DNA of 61,057 nucleotides, counting the filler. It is 5 parts of 5 records of this genome, joined end to end, with 100 filler letters (N's around TTAATTAATTAA, not from the genome) between each part and the next. Parts side by side here need not be neighbours in the genome. Positions count along the whole stretch, not along the records: positions 34,708 to 55,762 come from DRR723986_8117; positions 55,863 to 61,057 come from DRR723986_8124; 3 more parts are not named here. One strand, given 5' to 3'. This document shows, piece by piece, positions 49,593-58,115 of the stretch. The notes under the pieces were generated by a model. That model worked only from the letters and a program-made list of their open reading frames with translations. It was not told the DNA's origin and ran no database searches. The position numbers were made by a program, and so were the translations under genes. Position 1 is the stretch's first letter, and each line of letters starts with the position of its first letter.

Positions 49593-50690
49593 TCACAGTT
49601 GTTCGCCGGCTTCGTTTGCCGGGTACATGAGGTTCTTCAGAGCGTTAATATAGTCTTCCGGTAGAAATGCCTGCCAGTTGCCCGACTCGATTTCAAACCA
49701 GGGCCGCAGGTCGGAATCTGGAAGTCGTTTAGAATACATCAAAAAGTGTACAGCGGCTTCGTAGATGTCATACGCGCGGTTGTCATCCGCCCGGTTGTTA
49801 TTTGCAACATCATCACTACTGCGGGATTCAAGCGCTGTTTTATACTTGTCCAGACTGAGGCGCGACTGCTGTTCGAACCAGGCCTGATGTATCCGCGCTA
49901 CCTTGTCTGCTGCCGGTTCACCTGGAAAAACGAGGCTGTCTACGAACGTTACGGCCTCGGCATGTGAAAGTTCGAGCGGCCAGAACTCCTGATGCAAAAG
50001 TATGGCGTAGATGTCTGCCGTTTCTGCATCCGCTGTTTCATTTGCCACGGTTTCATTGGCCGCCTCAGCTGCGTCCGCCGCGGCTTGAGTTGTGTCTGTG
50101 GGCATGCCAAAGTCGGCGGGCAGGGAGACCAGCTTCGGAGCGCCGGAGTCGAAACGGAATGCCTCGCGAATCTGTCCGTCAGCTTCCTCCAGCACACAAA
50201 GTCCGTCGGAAGTCACAACGTCATTGCCGCCGGCACTGGTATGAATGATGATCTCATCCTGGCCATCACCGCTGATGTCGCGAAATTCCAGTTCGCGGCC
50301 AAACTCAAAAAGGCCGGAATATTCCGGCGCGGCGACACTGTCGTTTTGTTCTGTGCTGTCTGGCACCGGGCGTCTGAGGATAAGGCGTTCAAATCCCAAA
50401 TGGTGAATCGATGAGTCTTTTCCGACTAAAGTAGTCAGGACAAATGCTTCACTCTCGGGCTTGAGTTTGATGGCGCGGACTTCCAGAGCCTGCATGTCCT
50501 GTGGCACTTGTTCGGCTACCATGCTATCCTGATTGCCGAGATGTCCGACGGCGGCATCGGCAATCGGCTGCTCGACTTCACTGCCGCAGGCACTAATTCC
50601 CGCAATTGCAAGCACTAAGAGAAGGCGGCGCGAGGTTATACCTGCGCAGGCCAGTGCTAAAAACGCTGCGTGATTGGACTGGAAATTCAT
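49593..50690 (-). CDS. Hypothetical acidic lipoprotein
   Basis: ISAC lipobox-like, one FG-GAP/VCBS-like motif DISGDGQDEII; start uncertain. Confidence 0.65.
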   Translation of the reverse strand: MNFQSNHAAFLALACAGITSRRLLLVLAIAGISACGSEVEQPIADAAVGHLGNQDSMVAEQVPQDMQALEVRAIKLKPESEAFVLTTLVGKDSSIHHLGFERLILRRPVPDSTEQNDSVAAPEYSGLFEFGRELEFRDISGDGQDEIIIHTSAGGNDVVTSDGLCVLEEADGQIREAFRFDSGAPKLVSLPADFGMPTDTTQAAADAAEAANETVANETADAETADIYAILLHQEFWPLELSHAEAVTFVDSLVFPGEPAADKVARIHQAWFEQQSRLSLDKYKTALESRSSDDVANNNRADDNRAYDIYEAAVHFLMYSKRLPDSDLRPWFEIESGNWQAFLPEDYINALKNLMYPANEAGEQL

Positions 50691-50840
50691 AATTTTGGGA
50701 TCCCAATGTAATGCTGCTGCCTGGAATTCTCTGCGCAAGCGCAGCTGGACAACTGTGAGATGCAAATCTAGGCAAATTCCGCATAGGCATAGACCTGGGA
50801 ATCCTGCTTTCTGTGCTGATATTATTTTTACGAGTCTGGC

Positions 50841-52619
50841 GTGATCTTACTATCCAACGCTCCCGAACTACGGCGCCGCATTCTGGTGGGGCTCGACCTC
50901 ACGATGGCCGTGCTTGGTGTGCTGGCGATTGCCGCGCTGATTACTGAGCTTGGATTTAACCTGGCGCCCCAGGCCATTGAGAATCTGCGCTTTGCGGTAG
51001 ACTTCATCATCGTGATCTTCGTGGCTCAGGAGCTGGTGCGCTGGCTGTTTGTGGCGAATTTCCGCAAGTACGCACGCGAACGCTGGGCGGAGAACCTGAT
51101 AGCACTTGGAGCACTGTACCTGCTGTTCCAGCCAACGCTGGCACACTCCCTGGTCCTCACCTTCCTGCCGAACCTTTCACTGAACCAGCTGGCCCTATTC
51201 TACCTGGCGGTGACGCAGGCTGCGATCGTGGCATCGCTGCTGATTAAAGCCATGCGCTTTAACTCAATCATAGCGCGCTTTAAGCTGCATCCCGGCGCAA
51301 TTTTGGCGATCAGCTTTATCGTGATCATTCTGCTCGGTACGGGATTATTGCTCCTGCCACGCGCCGCCGTGGAGCCGCTTTCCCTCGTGGACGCTTTCTT
51401 TACTTCCACCAGTGCCGTATGTGTTACCGGACTGATCGTGGTGGATACAGCAACGGCCTTCACACCCTTCGGCAAAGTGATTTTGCTTGGCCTGATCCAG
51501 ATTGGAGGCCTTGGGTTGATGACTTTAACGACCTTTTTTGCCCTCTTTTTCTCCGGTGGAATATCTGTTCGCGAGCGCATCATGATGTCCACGGTCATGA
51601 GTTCGGACAGCATTGGTGAAGTCTCCAGCGTCTTAATCCGCGTCACACTTTTTACGGTCGTGATCGAAGCCATAGGCGCTGCATTTCTCTATTTCAGCAT
51701 GGGTGGCAGCCTGCTGGATTTTGACGGTTCTCTGCTACTGATTGCAATTTTCCACTCGATCTCTGCATTTTGTAATGCCGGATTTTCAGTCTTCAGTGAT
51801 GGACTCTACGATATAAGTGTGCGTTGGAATTACATGCACCATTCGATTATTATGGTCCTGATAGTTTTGGGTGGCCTGGGTGTTGGTGTTCTGGCCGATA
51901 TTGGCCGCCTGCGCCCTTGGCAGAAAAACTTTGGCGGCGTGCACAACCGCCCCAGCGTCTTTTCCAAGTTGGTGCTCTACACCTCAGCAATTCTACTGCT
52001 GCTCGGAACGCTGCTGATCCTGACGATGGAATGGAATGGAATTATGGCCGGTCTCAGCACGGGCGACAAAATTTTTCAGTCCACATTCTGGTCGGTTACG
52101 GCGCGTACGGCGGGTTTTAACATCGCGCAGGTTGGGGAGTTGGGCACGCCGGCGCTCTTCCTGATGATCATGCTCATGTGGATTGGAGCCTCACCGGCCT
52201 CAACAGGTGGTGGTGTCAAAACTACGACGATTGCGGTAGCGACGCTCAATATCATCAATACAATTCGTGGCAAAGAACGCGTTGAGATTTTTGGTCGGCA
52301 TATTGCAGTGGAGTCAATTCGGCGCGCCTTTGCCGTTGTGCTGCTCTCGGCATTTTTGATGGGCGCGGCCTGTGTCATGCTGGTTTCACTGGAGCCGGAC
52401 CTGCAGCCGACAGCACTAATTTTTGAGGCTGTCTCGGCCATGAGCACGGTCGGCCTTTCCGTAGGAATTACGGCTCAACTGGGGCCGGCGGCCAAAGTGC
52501 TGCTAATTCTGGTCATGTTTATTGGCCGTGTTGGTATATTGACAATTTTGTTTGCGCTTATGAATCCGGCGCATGAAGCCCGCTACAAATTGCCGGAAGA
52601 ATCGGTTATGGTTGGGTGA
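50841..52619 (+). CDS. trkH: Trk/Ktr potassium uptake membrane subunit with N-terminal TM extension
   Basis: FTSTSAVCVTGL, FHSISAFCNAGF, TARTAGF, STGGGVK, SAMSTVGLS, MFIGRVG. Confidence 0.93.
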   Translation: MILLSNAPELRRRILVGLDLTMAVLGVLAIAALITELGFNLAPQAIENLRFAVDFIIVIFVAQELVRWLFVANFRKYARERWAENLIALGALYLLFQPTLAHSLVLTFLPNLSLNQLALFYLAVTQAAIVASLLIKAMRFNSIIARFKLHPGAILAISFIVIILLGTGLLLLPRAAVEPLSLVDAFFTSTSAVCVTGLIVVDTATAFTPFGKVILLGLIQIGGLGLMTLTTFFALFFSGGISVRERIMMSTVMSSDSIGEVSSVLIRVTLFTVVIEAIGAAFLYFSMGGSLLDFDGSLLLIAIFHSISAFCNAGFSVFSDGLYDISVRWNYMHHSIIMVLIVLGGLGVGVLADIGRLRPWQKNFGGVHNRPSVFSKLVLYTSAILLLLGTLLILTMEWNGIMAGLSTGDKIFQSTFWSVTARTAGFNIAQVGELGTPALFLMIMLMWIGASPASTGGGVKTTTIAVATLNIINTIRGKERVEIFGRHIAVESIRRAFAVVLLSAFLMGAACVMLVSLEPDLQPTALIFEAVSAMSTVGLSVGITAQLGPAAKVLLILVMFIGRVGILTILFALMNPAHEARYKLPEESVMVG

Positions 52620-52741
52620 TGGCCGCGTACTGATCGGCCAGGCGGCTAAAACGATTTGGCCCTAATCAGGCTTCCGTAAAGTGGCTCCCGGAATTTATGC
52701 CGGGAAATGTGCTCCGCAGAAATGCCAAGGATGTAGAAGTT

Positions 52742-53440
52742 ATGGCCAATCAGAAGTTTGCGATTATTGGACTCGGATTTTTTGGTGTCAACCTGGCGCT
52801 GGAGTTGACCGAGGAAGGTGCCGAAGTTGTTGCCGTGGACCGCGACGAGCATCGCGTGGAACCAATGCGCGACAAAATCTCCTACGTCGTCTGCATGGAT
52901 TCAACCGATGAGCGTGCGCTGCGCCGCCTGGGCCTCAAAGAAATGGACGCCGTCATCGTTGCAATCGGCGAAGACTTTGAGAGTTCATTGCTGACGACGG
53001 CTCTTTTGCAAGAGCTGGGCGTCAAACGAATTGTCAATCGTGTGACTTCTCCGACGCATGAACGATTATTGAAGCTCATGAACATCAAGGACCTGGTTGT
53101 GCCGGAGGCTGAAGCCGCCGGACAGCTGGCAAACCGCCTGCTTCTGCGCGGTGTAGTTGGCGCCTTTGAGCTTTCAAAAGACTACAGTATTGTGGAAGTT
53201 GAAGCGCCGCGGGACTTCGCAGGTAAAACCCTGCTGGAACTCGACCTGCGGAATACACACAATATCAACGTCGTCACGATTAAACGCATCGAGCGCAAAC
53301 GTGGCCTGTTGACGCTCGGTGAGCGTGAGTCGATCAAAATTTTAGGTGTCATTACCCCCGACACTGTTATTGAATTACAAGACATTCTGGTGCTGTTTGG
53401 ACAGGAAAAAGACATTTTGGCCTTGCTTGGGACGGACTAA
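52742..53440 (+). CDS. trkA: TrkA/KtrA NAD-binding regulatory subunit
   Basis: IIGLGFFG, DAVIVAIGED, C-terminal TrkA_C. ATG 52742. Confidence 0.92.
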   Translation: MANQKFAIIGLGFFGVNLALELTEEGAEVVAVDRDEHRVEPMRDKISYVVCMDSTDERALRRLGLKEMDAVIVAIGEDFESSLLTTALLQELGVKRIVNRVTSPTHERLLKLMNIKDLVVPEAEAAGQLANRLLLRGVVGAFELSKDYSIVEVEAPRDFAGKTLLELDLRNTHNINVVTIKRIERKRGLLTLGERESIKILGVITPDTVIELQDILVLFGQEKDILALLGTD

Positions 53441-55499
53441 AACACGTAAACACGCTGTTGCCTCAAATCACCGGCTTGCACGGATCTGTATCCTCGTGCT
53501 GGCGGCATGCCTGTTCCCGGCAGTTAATTCATTTGCGCAAATGGCTCCGCGTTTTGAAGCGCCGATGGTGCTGACGCATCTCAATAGCGAGCAGGATGAT
53601 TACGCTCCCAGCCTGACGCCACATGATGAATTGATCCTGACATCCGAACGCGATGGCCGCGCCCTGTTTTATCGCTTGCCGTCCGGGTGGATGAGCACCG
53701 AGCAACGCCCTCAGGTGCTGAATGAAGCCTTTAATGCACCTGTTCCCAACAATCAGTCCTATCTGGCTTTTACGTCCGACGGTCGTGCGTATTTCTCGAC
53801 GTTCAGACTCCTGCAGCAGCGTCCGGTACTTAACATTTTTACCGCGGAGCGCGAGTCCGACGGCTGGCGTGAGCCGGTTGCGGTTTCCAATCTGAACAGT
53901 GATTCGTTTACGGCACATCCGGCCTTAAGCCCCTCCGGCAAAACAATTGTGTTTACCTCCGACAGGCCAGGTGGACGCGGTGGTACAGATTTGTGGATGA
54001 GTACGCGCCGCCCCAATGGTCGCTGGGAAACGCCGATTAACCTTGGAGCAGTGTTAAACTCTCCCGGCAACGAAATTACGCCGCACCTGGCATCCGAGAC
54101 CGAACTGTTTTTTGCCTCGAATGGTTTTGGCGGTCGCGGTGGTTATGACGTTTTTATGAGTACGCGTGAAGGTGGTATCTGGCAGGCGCCTGTGCCGATC
54201 AAATCTGTTAACACGCCACATGACGAATCCGACTGTTTAATCCTGCAGAGCGGCGCGATTATGTTTGCCAGTAATCGCCCGGGTGGTGCCGGTGGGCTGG
54301 ACCTATGGCTGGCTTCGCGCATCGTTGAGCAGGCGGAAAAACTGGTGGAAGTGGACTACATCCTGGAGCGCAATACTCCGGCCATCACAATTCGTGAGAC
54401 AGTCCTGATTGCCGCAATTGACCTGCTGCCATTTGTGTTTTTTGACGAAAACTCCGCCGAACTTCCCGCCGAGCAAGCGCTGATTAATTCTGCCACAATC
54501 CAAGATTTTGACGAGGCGAATTTAACGAATGACCCGCAAGTTATTCACTCGCAATTGTTAAATATTATCGGCAGCCGCATGCAGCGTTTTAGCGATGCGC
54601 GTTTGCAGTTGCTTGGCGCTACCGACGAATACAGTGATACCGAAAATGCTTCGCTTGGGCGCCGCAGGGCCGAAGCCGTACTGCAGTATCTGACGAGTGT
54701 GTGGGGGATAGCTCCGGAGCGCCTAACCACTGCGGGGCGGGGATTGCCACGTAATCCATCTACTTCGAGCCTGCCGGAAGGTCGTGCGGAAAATCGTCGT
54801 GTAGAGTTAAGTGGTGACTCACGTGTACTGACGCCTGTTAACTTGCAGGCAACGCGCACACAGGTTGAAGGCGCGGCTTTGAGTTTGACGCTGGATGCAC
54901 GCCCGCGTAAAGATGTTAAGTCCTGGTCGCTGGATTTGCGTAACAGCAACAGCAAAGTAATTGCCACATGGACGGGCAACGAACTGCCGGCCTACCTCGA
55001 CTTCAGTGCGGCCGACGTGCCGGCGCAAGATTTTGGACGCGAGTTAAACATCGAGTTTAGCGGCGTGGACAGTAAAGGCAAACGTGGAGCGCGGCGTTCA
55101 CGGCTGCCGGTAGAGCGCGTTAGTACAACGATTGGTGGGCGCTATCAGGAAAATGGCGATGCGAGCATTCGGCGTTATCAGTTGCCGCCCTTTGCCTATG
55201 ACCAGTCGGAGTTAAGTACCGCGCAGGAAACGATGGTCTATGAAATTGTTAACAGCGTGCCCGCTAATTCCGAGATTGTCGTGACGGGTTTTACCGATAT
55301 CCTTGGCAGTGACGTGCGCAATCAGGCGCTGGCCAACCAACGTGCAATTGCCGTGGCACGCAGAATTAGTGCGCTGGCTCCCAGTCTTGCCGTTACCGTT
55401 AAAGCGCAGGGTTCACGCGAATTATTTGACAATGCCACACCCGTTGGAAGGTTCCTTTCGCGTACCGTTCGTGTTCTGGTTCGCTCCGCCGCTGAATAG
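53427..55499 (+). CDS. PD40 (WD40-like) repeat protein with two OmpA-like domains
   Basis: FTSDRPGGRGGTDLW repeats, FFDENS...RRAEAV...NRRVE, second FAYDQS...GFTD...NQRA. Start uncertain (TTG 53427 chosen). Confidence 0.85.
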   Translation: MGRTKTRKHAVASNHRLARICILVLAACLFPAVNSFAQMAPRFEAPMVLTHLNSEQDDYAPSLTPHDELILTSERDGRALFYRLPSGWMSTEQRPQVLNEAFNAPVPNNQSYLAFTSDGRAYFSTFRLLQQRPVLNIFTAERESDGWREPVAVSNLNSDSFTAHPALSPSGKTIVFTSDRPGGRGGTDLWMSTRRPNGRWETPINLGAVLNSPGNEITPHLASETELFFASNGFGGRGGYDVFMSTREGGIWQAPVPIKSVNTPHDESDCLILQSGAIMFASNRPGGAGGLDLWLASRIVEQAEKLVEVDYILERNTPAITIRETVLIAAIDLLPFVFFDENSAELPAEQALINSATIQDFDEANLTNDPQVIHSQLLNIIGSRMQRFSDARLQLLGATDEYSDTENASLGRRRAEAVLQYLTSVWGIAPERLTTAGRGLPRNPSTSSLPEGRAENRRVELSGDSRVLTPVNLQATRTQVEGAALSLTLDARPRKDVKSWSLDLRNSNSKVIATWTGNELPAYLDFSAADVPAQDFGRELNIEFSGVDSKGKRGARRSRLPVERVSTTIGGRYQENGDASIRRYQLPPFAYDQSELSTAQETMVYEIVNSVPANSEIVVTGFTDILGSDVRNQALANQRAIAVARRISALAPSLAVTVKAQGSRELFDNATPVGRFLSRTVRVLVRSAAE

Positions 55500-55569
55500 T
55501 TAATGCCTGATTGCATCAGTTAACAGTTTGACTTTACGGAGTGAAAGCTCTGACTGTTTATTGTGTGTC

Positions 55570-55627
55570 TGAGCGCTTTGAGCCCCTCCACTTTGTTCGG
55601 GTCTCAGGCTTTTATATCCGTCTTGTT
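55570..55627 (+). repeat. Intergenic hairpin element, copy 4 (inverted relative to copies 1-3)
   Basis: TGAGCGCTTTGAG...CTCAGGCTTTTATATCCGTCTTGTT; the reverse complement matches the ends of copy 3. Confidence 0.75.
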
Positions 55628-55762
55628 GTGCCTTGATGCACGAGTGAAAAGTACTCGAGTTCACCCTTAAGTTTATCAGCCGGAAATCCCCGTGGCACTG
55701 CGAGTTCGGAGTTTACAGAGGTGTAATAAAACAGCTGTTAGCCCTAAGTGCTGTGAGCCGCA

Positions 55763-55862
55763 NNNNNNNNNNNNNNNNNNNNNNNNNNNNNNNNNNNNNN
55801 NNNNNNTTAATTAATTAANNNNNNNNNNNNNNNNNNNNNNNNNNNNNNNNNNNNNNNNNNNN
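55763..55862. other. Artificial contig linker
   Basis: Same N-TTAATTAATTAA-N linker. Confidence 0.99.
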
Positions 55863-55989
55863 TGGTTTTGCCCGCCCCGTTTGGCCCGCGCAGGATCAGC
55901 GCCTGACCGGGCTCTACCGTCAGGGACACACCGGTGAGCACCGGCACGCCGCCACGGGCAAGGGTCAGGTTGTCCACATGCAAAGTCAT
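55863..55989 (-). CDS. ccmA: Heme exporter ATP-binding subunit, N-terminal fragment
   Basis: [14 protein letters not shown]...[12 protein letters not shown] Walker A; secDF-Mth938-ccmA synteny. Confidence 0.8.
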
Positions 55990-56040
55990 GGCACAGGCCT
56001 ATCCGATTGGTGCGTCATGCAAAAGCGGCATTGCGGCGCA

Positions 56041-56394
56041 TCAGACGGGGATCATCGCCAGTGCGATCCGGCGGCCCTCGCTCAGCAGCACGTTATAGGT
56101 GCGACAGGCGGCGGGGGATGACATCGGCTCTGCCGCGATACCGGCCTCTTGCAATTGCTGATCCAGATCATCGGGCAGATGGGCGATCTCGGCGCCGGTG
56201 CCGACAAACAAAACGTCAATCTCTCCCGCCATTGCCAAAAGCGGCGCTGTGTCCTCCAACCCGCCCCAGCGTTTAGGGCCATCTGCGCCGGTGATCACCG
56301 GCCCCTCAATGACCTGCCCGCCGATGCGGAAAAAGCCGGGTCCATACCCTTCGACCGGCTGGGCGTTGTTATATTCAACTTCATTGAGACGCAT
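56041..56394 (-). CDS. Mth938-like domain protein
   Basis: EGYGPG, LFVGTG, MSSPAACRTYNVLLSEGR. Confidence 0.92.
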   Translation of the reverse strand: MRLNEVEYNNAQPVEGYGPGFFRIGGQVIEGPVITGADGPKRWGGLEDTAPLLAMAGEIDVLFVGTGAEIAHLPDDLDQQLQEAGIAAEPMSSPAACRTYNVLLSEGRRIALAMIPV

Positions 56395-56397
56395 GGA

Positions 56398-57153
56398 TCA
56401 TCCTTTCCAAATCGGCAGCCCCAGGATAGCGGAACTGAAAATCACGAGATAGGCCACAAAACGAAAAAGCCGCGCCGCCTTGGGGTTGAACAGGCGCGCG
56501 CCGATGACATTGCCGATCAGGTTTGGCACGCCGAGCATCAGACCCTGTGCAAAGACCGGCCAGACCATCAGCCCGCTCAGCCACAGCACGGGAAACAGCA
56601 CCAGATCCACCGCAAACAGGTACAGCATCAGATTGGCGCGGATGGTCGCCACGGGCAATGTGCTGGCCATATAGAGCATGATCACCGGCGGGCCGGGTAT
56701 ACCGGCAAAACCGGTCATGAATCCGCCGATGCCGCCTGCGCCGACGGTAAGACTTGCGGTCAACGCTCCGGTGTAGCGCCAGCCGGAGATGACCAGCACC
56801 AGCAGCGCCAAGACAATGCCGGAGATGATCCAGCCAAAAACCAATGGATCCAGTTGTGTCAAAAGCCACAGACCGACGGGCAGACAGATCAATGCTCCCA
56901 GGATCAGCCGCCCCACATCGCGCGGTGTCCCATCACGCATTGAGGGCCGCAGGTTGGGCACCGGGCCAAGGATTTCAGCCGCTGTCAGGAAAATCACAGC
57001 CTCGACCGGCGACAGCACCGAAGCGGCCACTGGCATGATGATCATCGCGGAGCCAAAGCCGGAGAAACCGCGCACGATGCCCGCGACAAAAACAGCCCCC
57101 ACCAGCCAGATCAGCCCTTCGGGCGATCCGGCTGGAAGCAGCCAATCAGGCAT
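56398..57153 (-). CDS. TauE/SafE (TSUP) family permease
   Basis: AGIVRGFSGFGSAM and GFAGIPGPP repeats, multiple TM segments. Confidence 0.88.
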   Translation of the reverse strand: MPDWLLPAGSPEGLIWLVGAVFVAGIVRGFSGFGSAMIIMPVAASVLSPVEAVIFLTAAEILGPVPNLRPSMRDGTPRDVGRLILGALICLPVGLWLLTQLDPLVFGWIISGIVLALLVLVISGWRYTGALTASLTVGAGGIGGFMTGFAGIPGPPVIMLYMASTLPVATIRANLMLYLFAVDLVLFPVLWLSGLMVWPVFAQGLMLGVPNLIGNVIGARLFNPKAARLFRFVAYLVIFSSAILGLPIWKG

Positions 57154-58114
57154 CTATGTTGGCGTATTGGTTGCCTGCGTTTGCATCCGGCTTGGACCAG
57201 TCACGTTTGACGCCAAGATACAAAAGCACCGCAGAGGCCACAAAGATCGAGCTGTATGTACCGACGATCACGCCCCAGATCATCGCAAAGACAAAGCCGC
57301 GGATCACATCGCCGCCCAGCACAAACAGCGCAATCAGCGCCAGTAGCGTCGTGACAGAGGTCATGAAAGTCCGGCTCATGGTTTCGTTGATCGAGAGGTT
57401 CAGAACCTCTTTGAGATCGCGCTTTTTGTACTTGCGCAGGTTCTCCCGCACTCGGTCAAACACGACCACCGTATCGTTCAGCGAATAGCCCACAATGGTC
57501 AGCAACGCTGCGATAATCGCCAGATCGAACCGGATCTGAAGCTCAGAGAAAATCCCGATGGTCAGCAAAACGTCATGCACCAGCGCCAGCACCGCACCGA
57601 CGGCAAATTGCCATTCAAAGCGCAGCCAGATGTAGATAAGGACCGCGCCAATTGCCAAAACCACAGCAATTGCAGCGGTTTGGATCAATTCGCCCGAGAC
57701 TTTGGGACCGACGGATTCGACCGAGGTAAACTTGATATCCGGGCGAACGCCTTTGAGCGCGGCCTGGACCGCCTCGATGGTGTCCACTGTCACGGCTTCT
57801 TGTTCGTCCTGCGCCTGAATGCGGATCATCGCCACATTCTGATCTTCGCGGAAGGTCGGATCGAATACCTCGGTGATCGTGATATCGCCAAGATCCAGTG
57901 TTTCCATCGCCCCGCGGTATTCGGCGACGTTCACGGCCAGCGGGCTTTCGGTACGGATCGTGGTGCCGCCGCGAAAGTCGATGCCGAAGTTCAGGCCCTG
58001 GATCATGAAGGACGCAAAGGCGATGACCATCATCAGCCCCGAAATGCCCAGCCACATCTTCCAGTGTTTGAAGAAATCGAAGTTCGAGTTTTCCTTGAAC
58101 AGACGCAAACGCAT
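57146..58114 (-). CDS. secF: Protein translocase subunit SecF
   Basis: GLNFGIDFRGG, VGPKVSGEL, GYSLNDTVVVFDRVRE, GTYSSIFVA. Confidence 0.97.
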   Translation of the reverse strand: MRLRLFKENSNFDFFKHWKMWLGISGLMMVIAFASFMIQGLNFGIDFRGGTTIRTESPLAVNVAEYRGAMETLDLGDITITEVFDPTFREDQNVAMIRIQAQDEQEAVTVDTIEAVQAALKGVRPDIKFTSVESVGPKVSGELIQTAAIAVVLAIGAVLIYIWLRFEWQFAVGAVLALVHDVLLTIGIFSELQIRFDLAIIAALLTIVGYSLNDTVVVFDRVRENLRKYKKRDLKEVLNLSINETMSRTFMTSVTTLLALIALFVLGGDVIRGFVFAMIWGVIVGTYSSIFVASAVLLYLGVKRDWSKPDANAGNQYANIDA

Positions 58115-58115
58115 G

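Noticed and set aside
37662-55627. Repeat copies as a CRISPR array
   Set aside because: Copies are kilobases apart with genes between them, and there are no cas genes.
13052-55862. Four identical TTAATTAATTAA motifs flanked by Ns as a biological repeat
   Set aside because: They are 100-nt artificial linkers. Genes are truncated and base composition changes at each, so no cross-contig synteny can be inferred.
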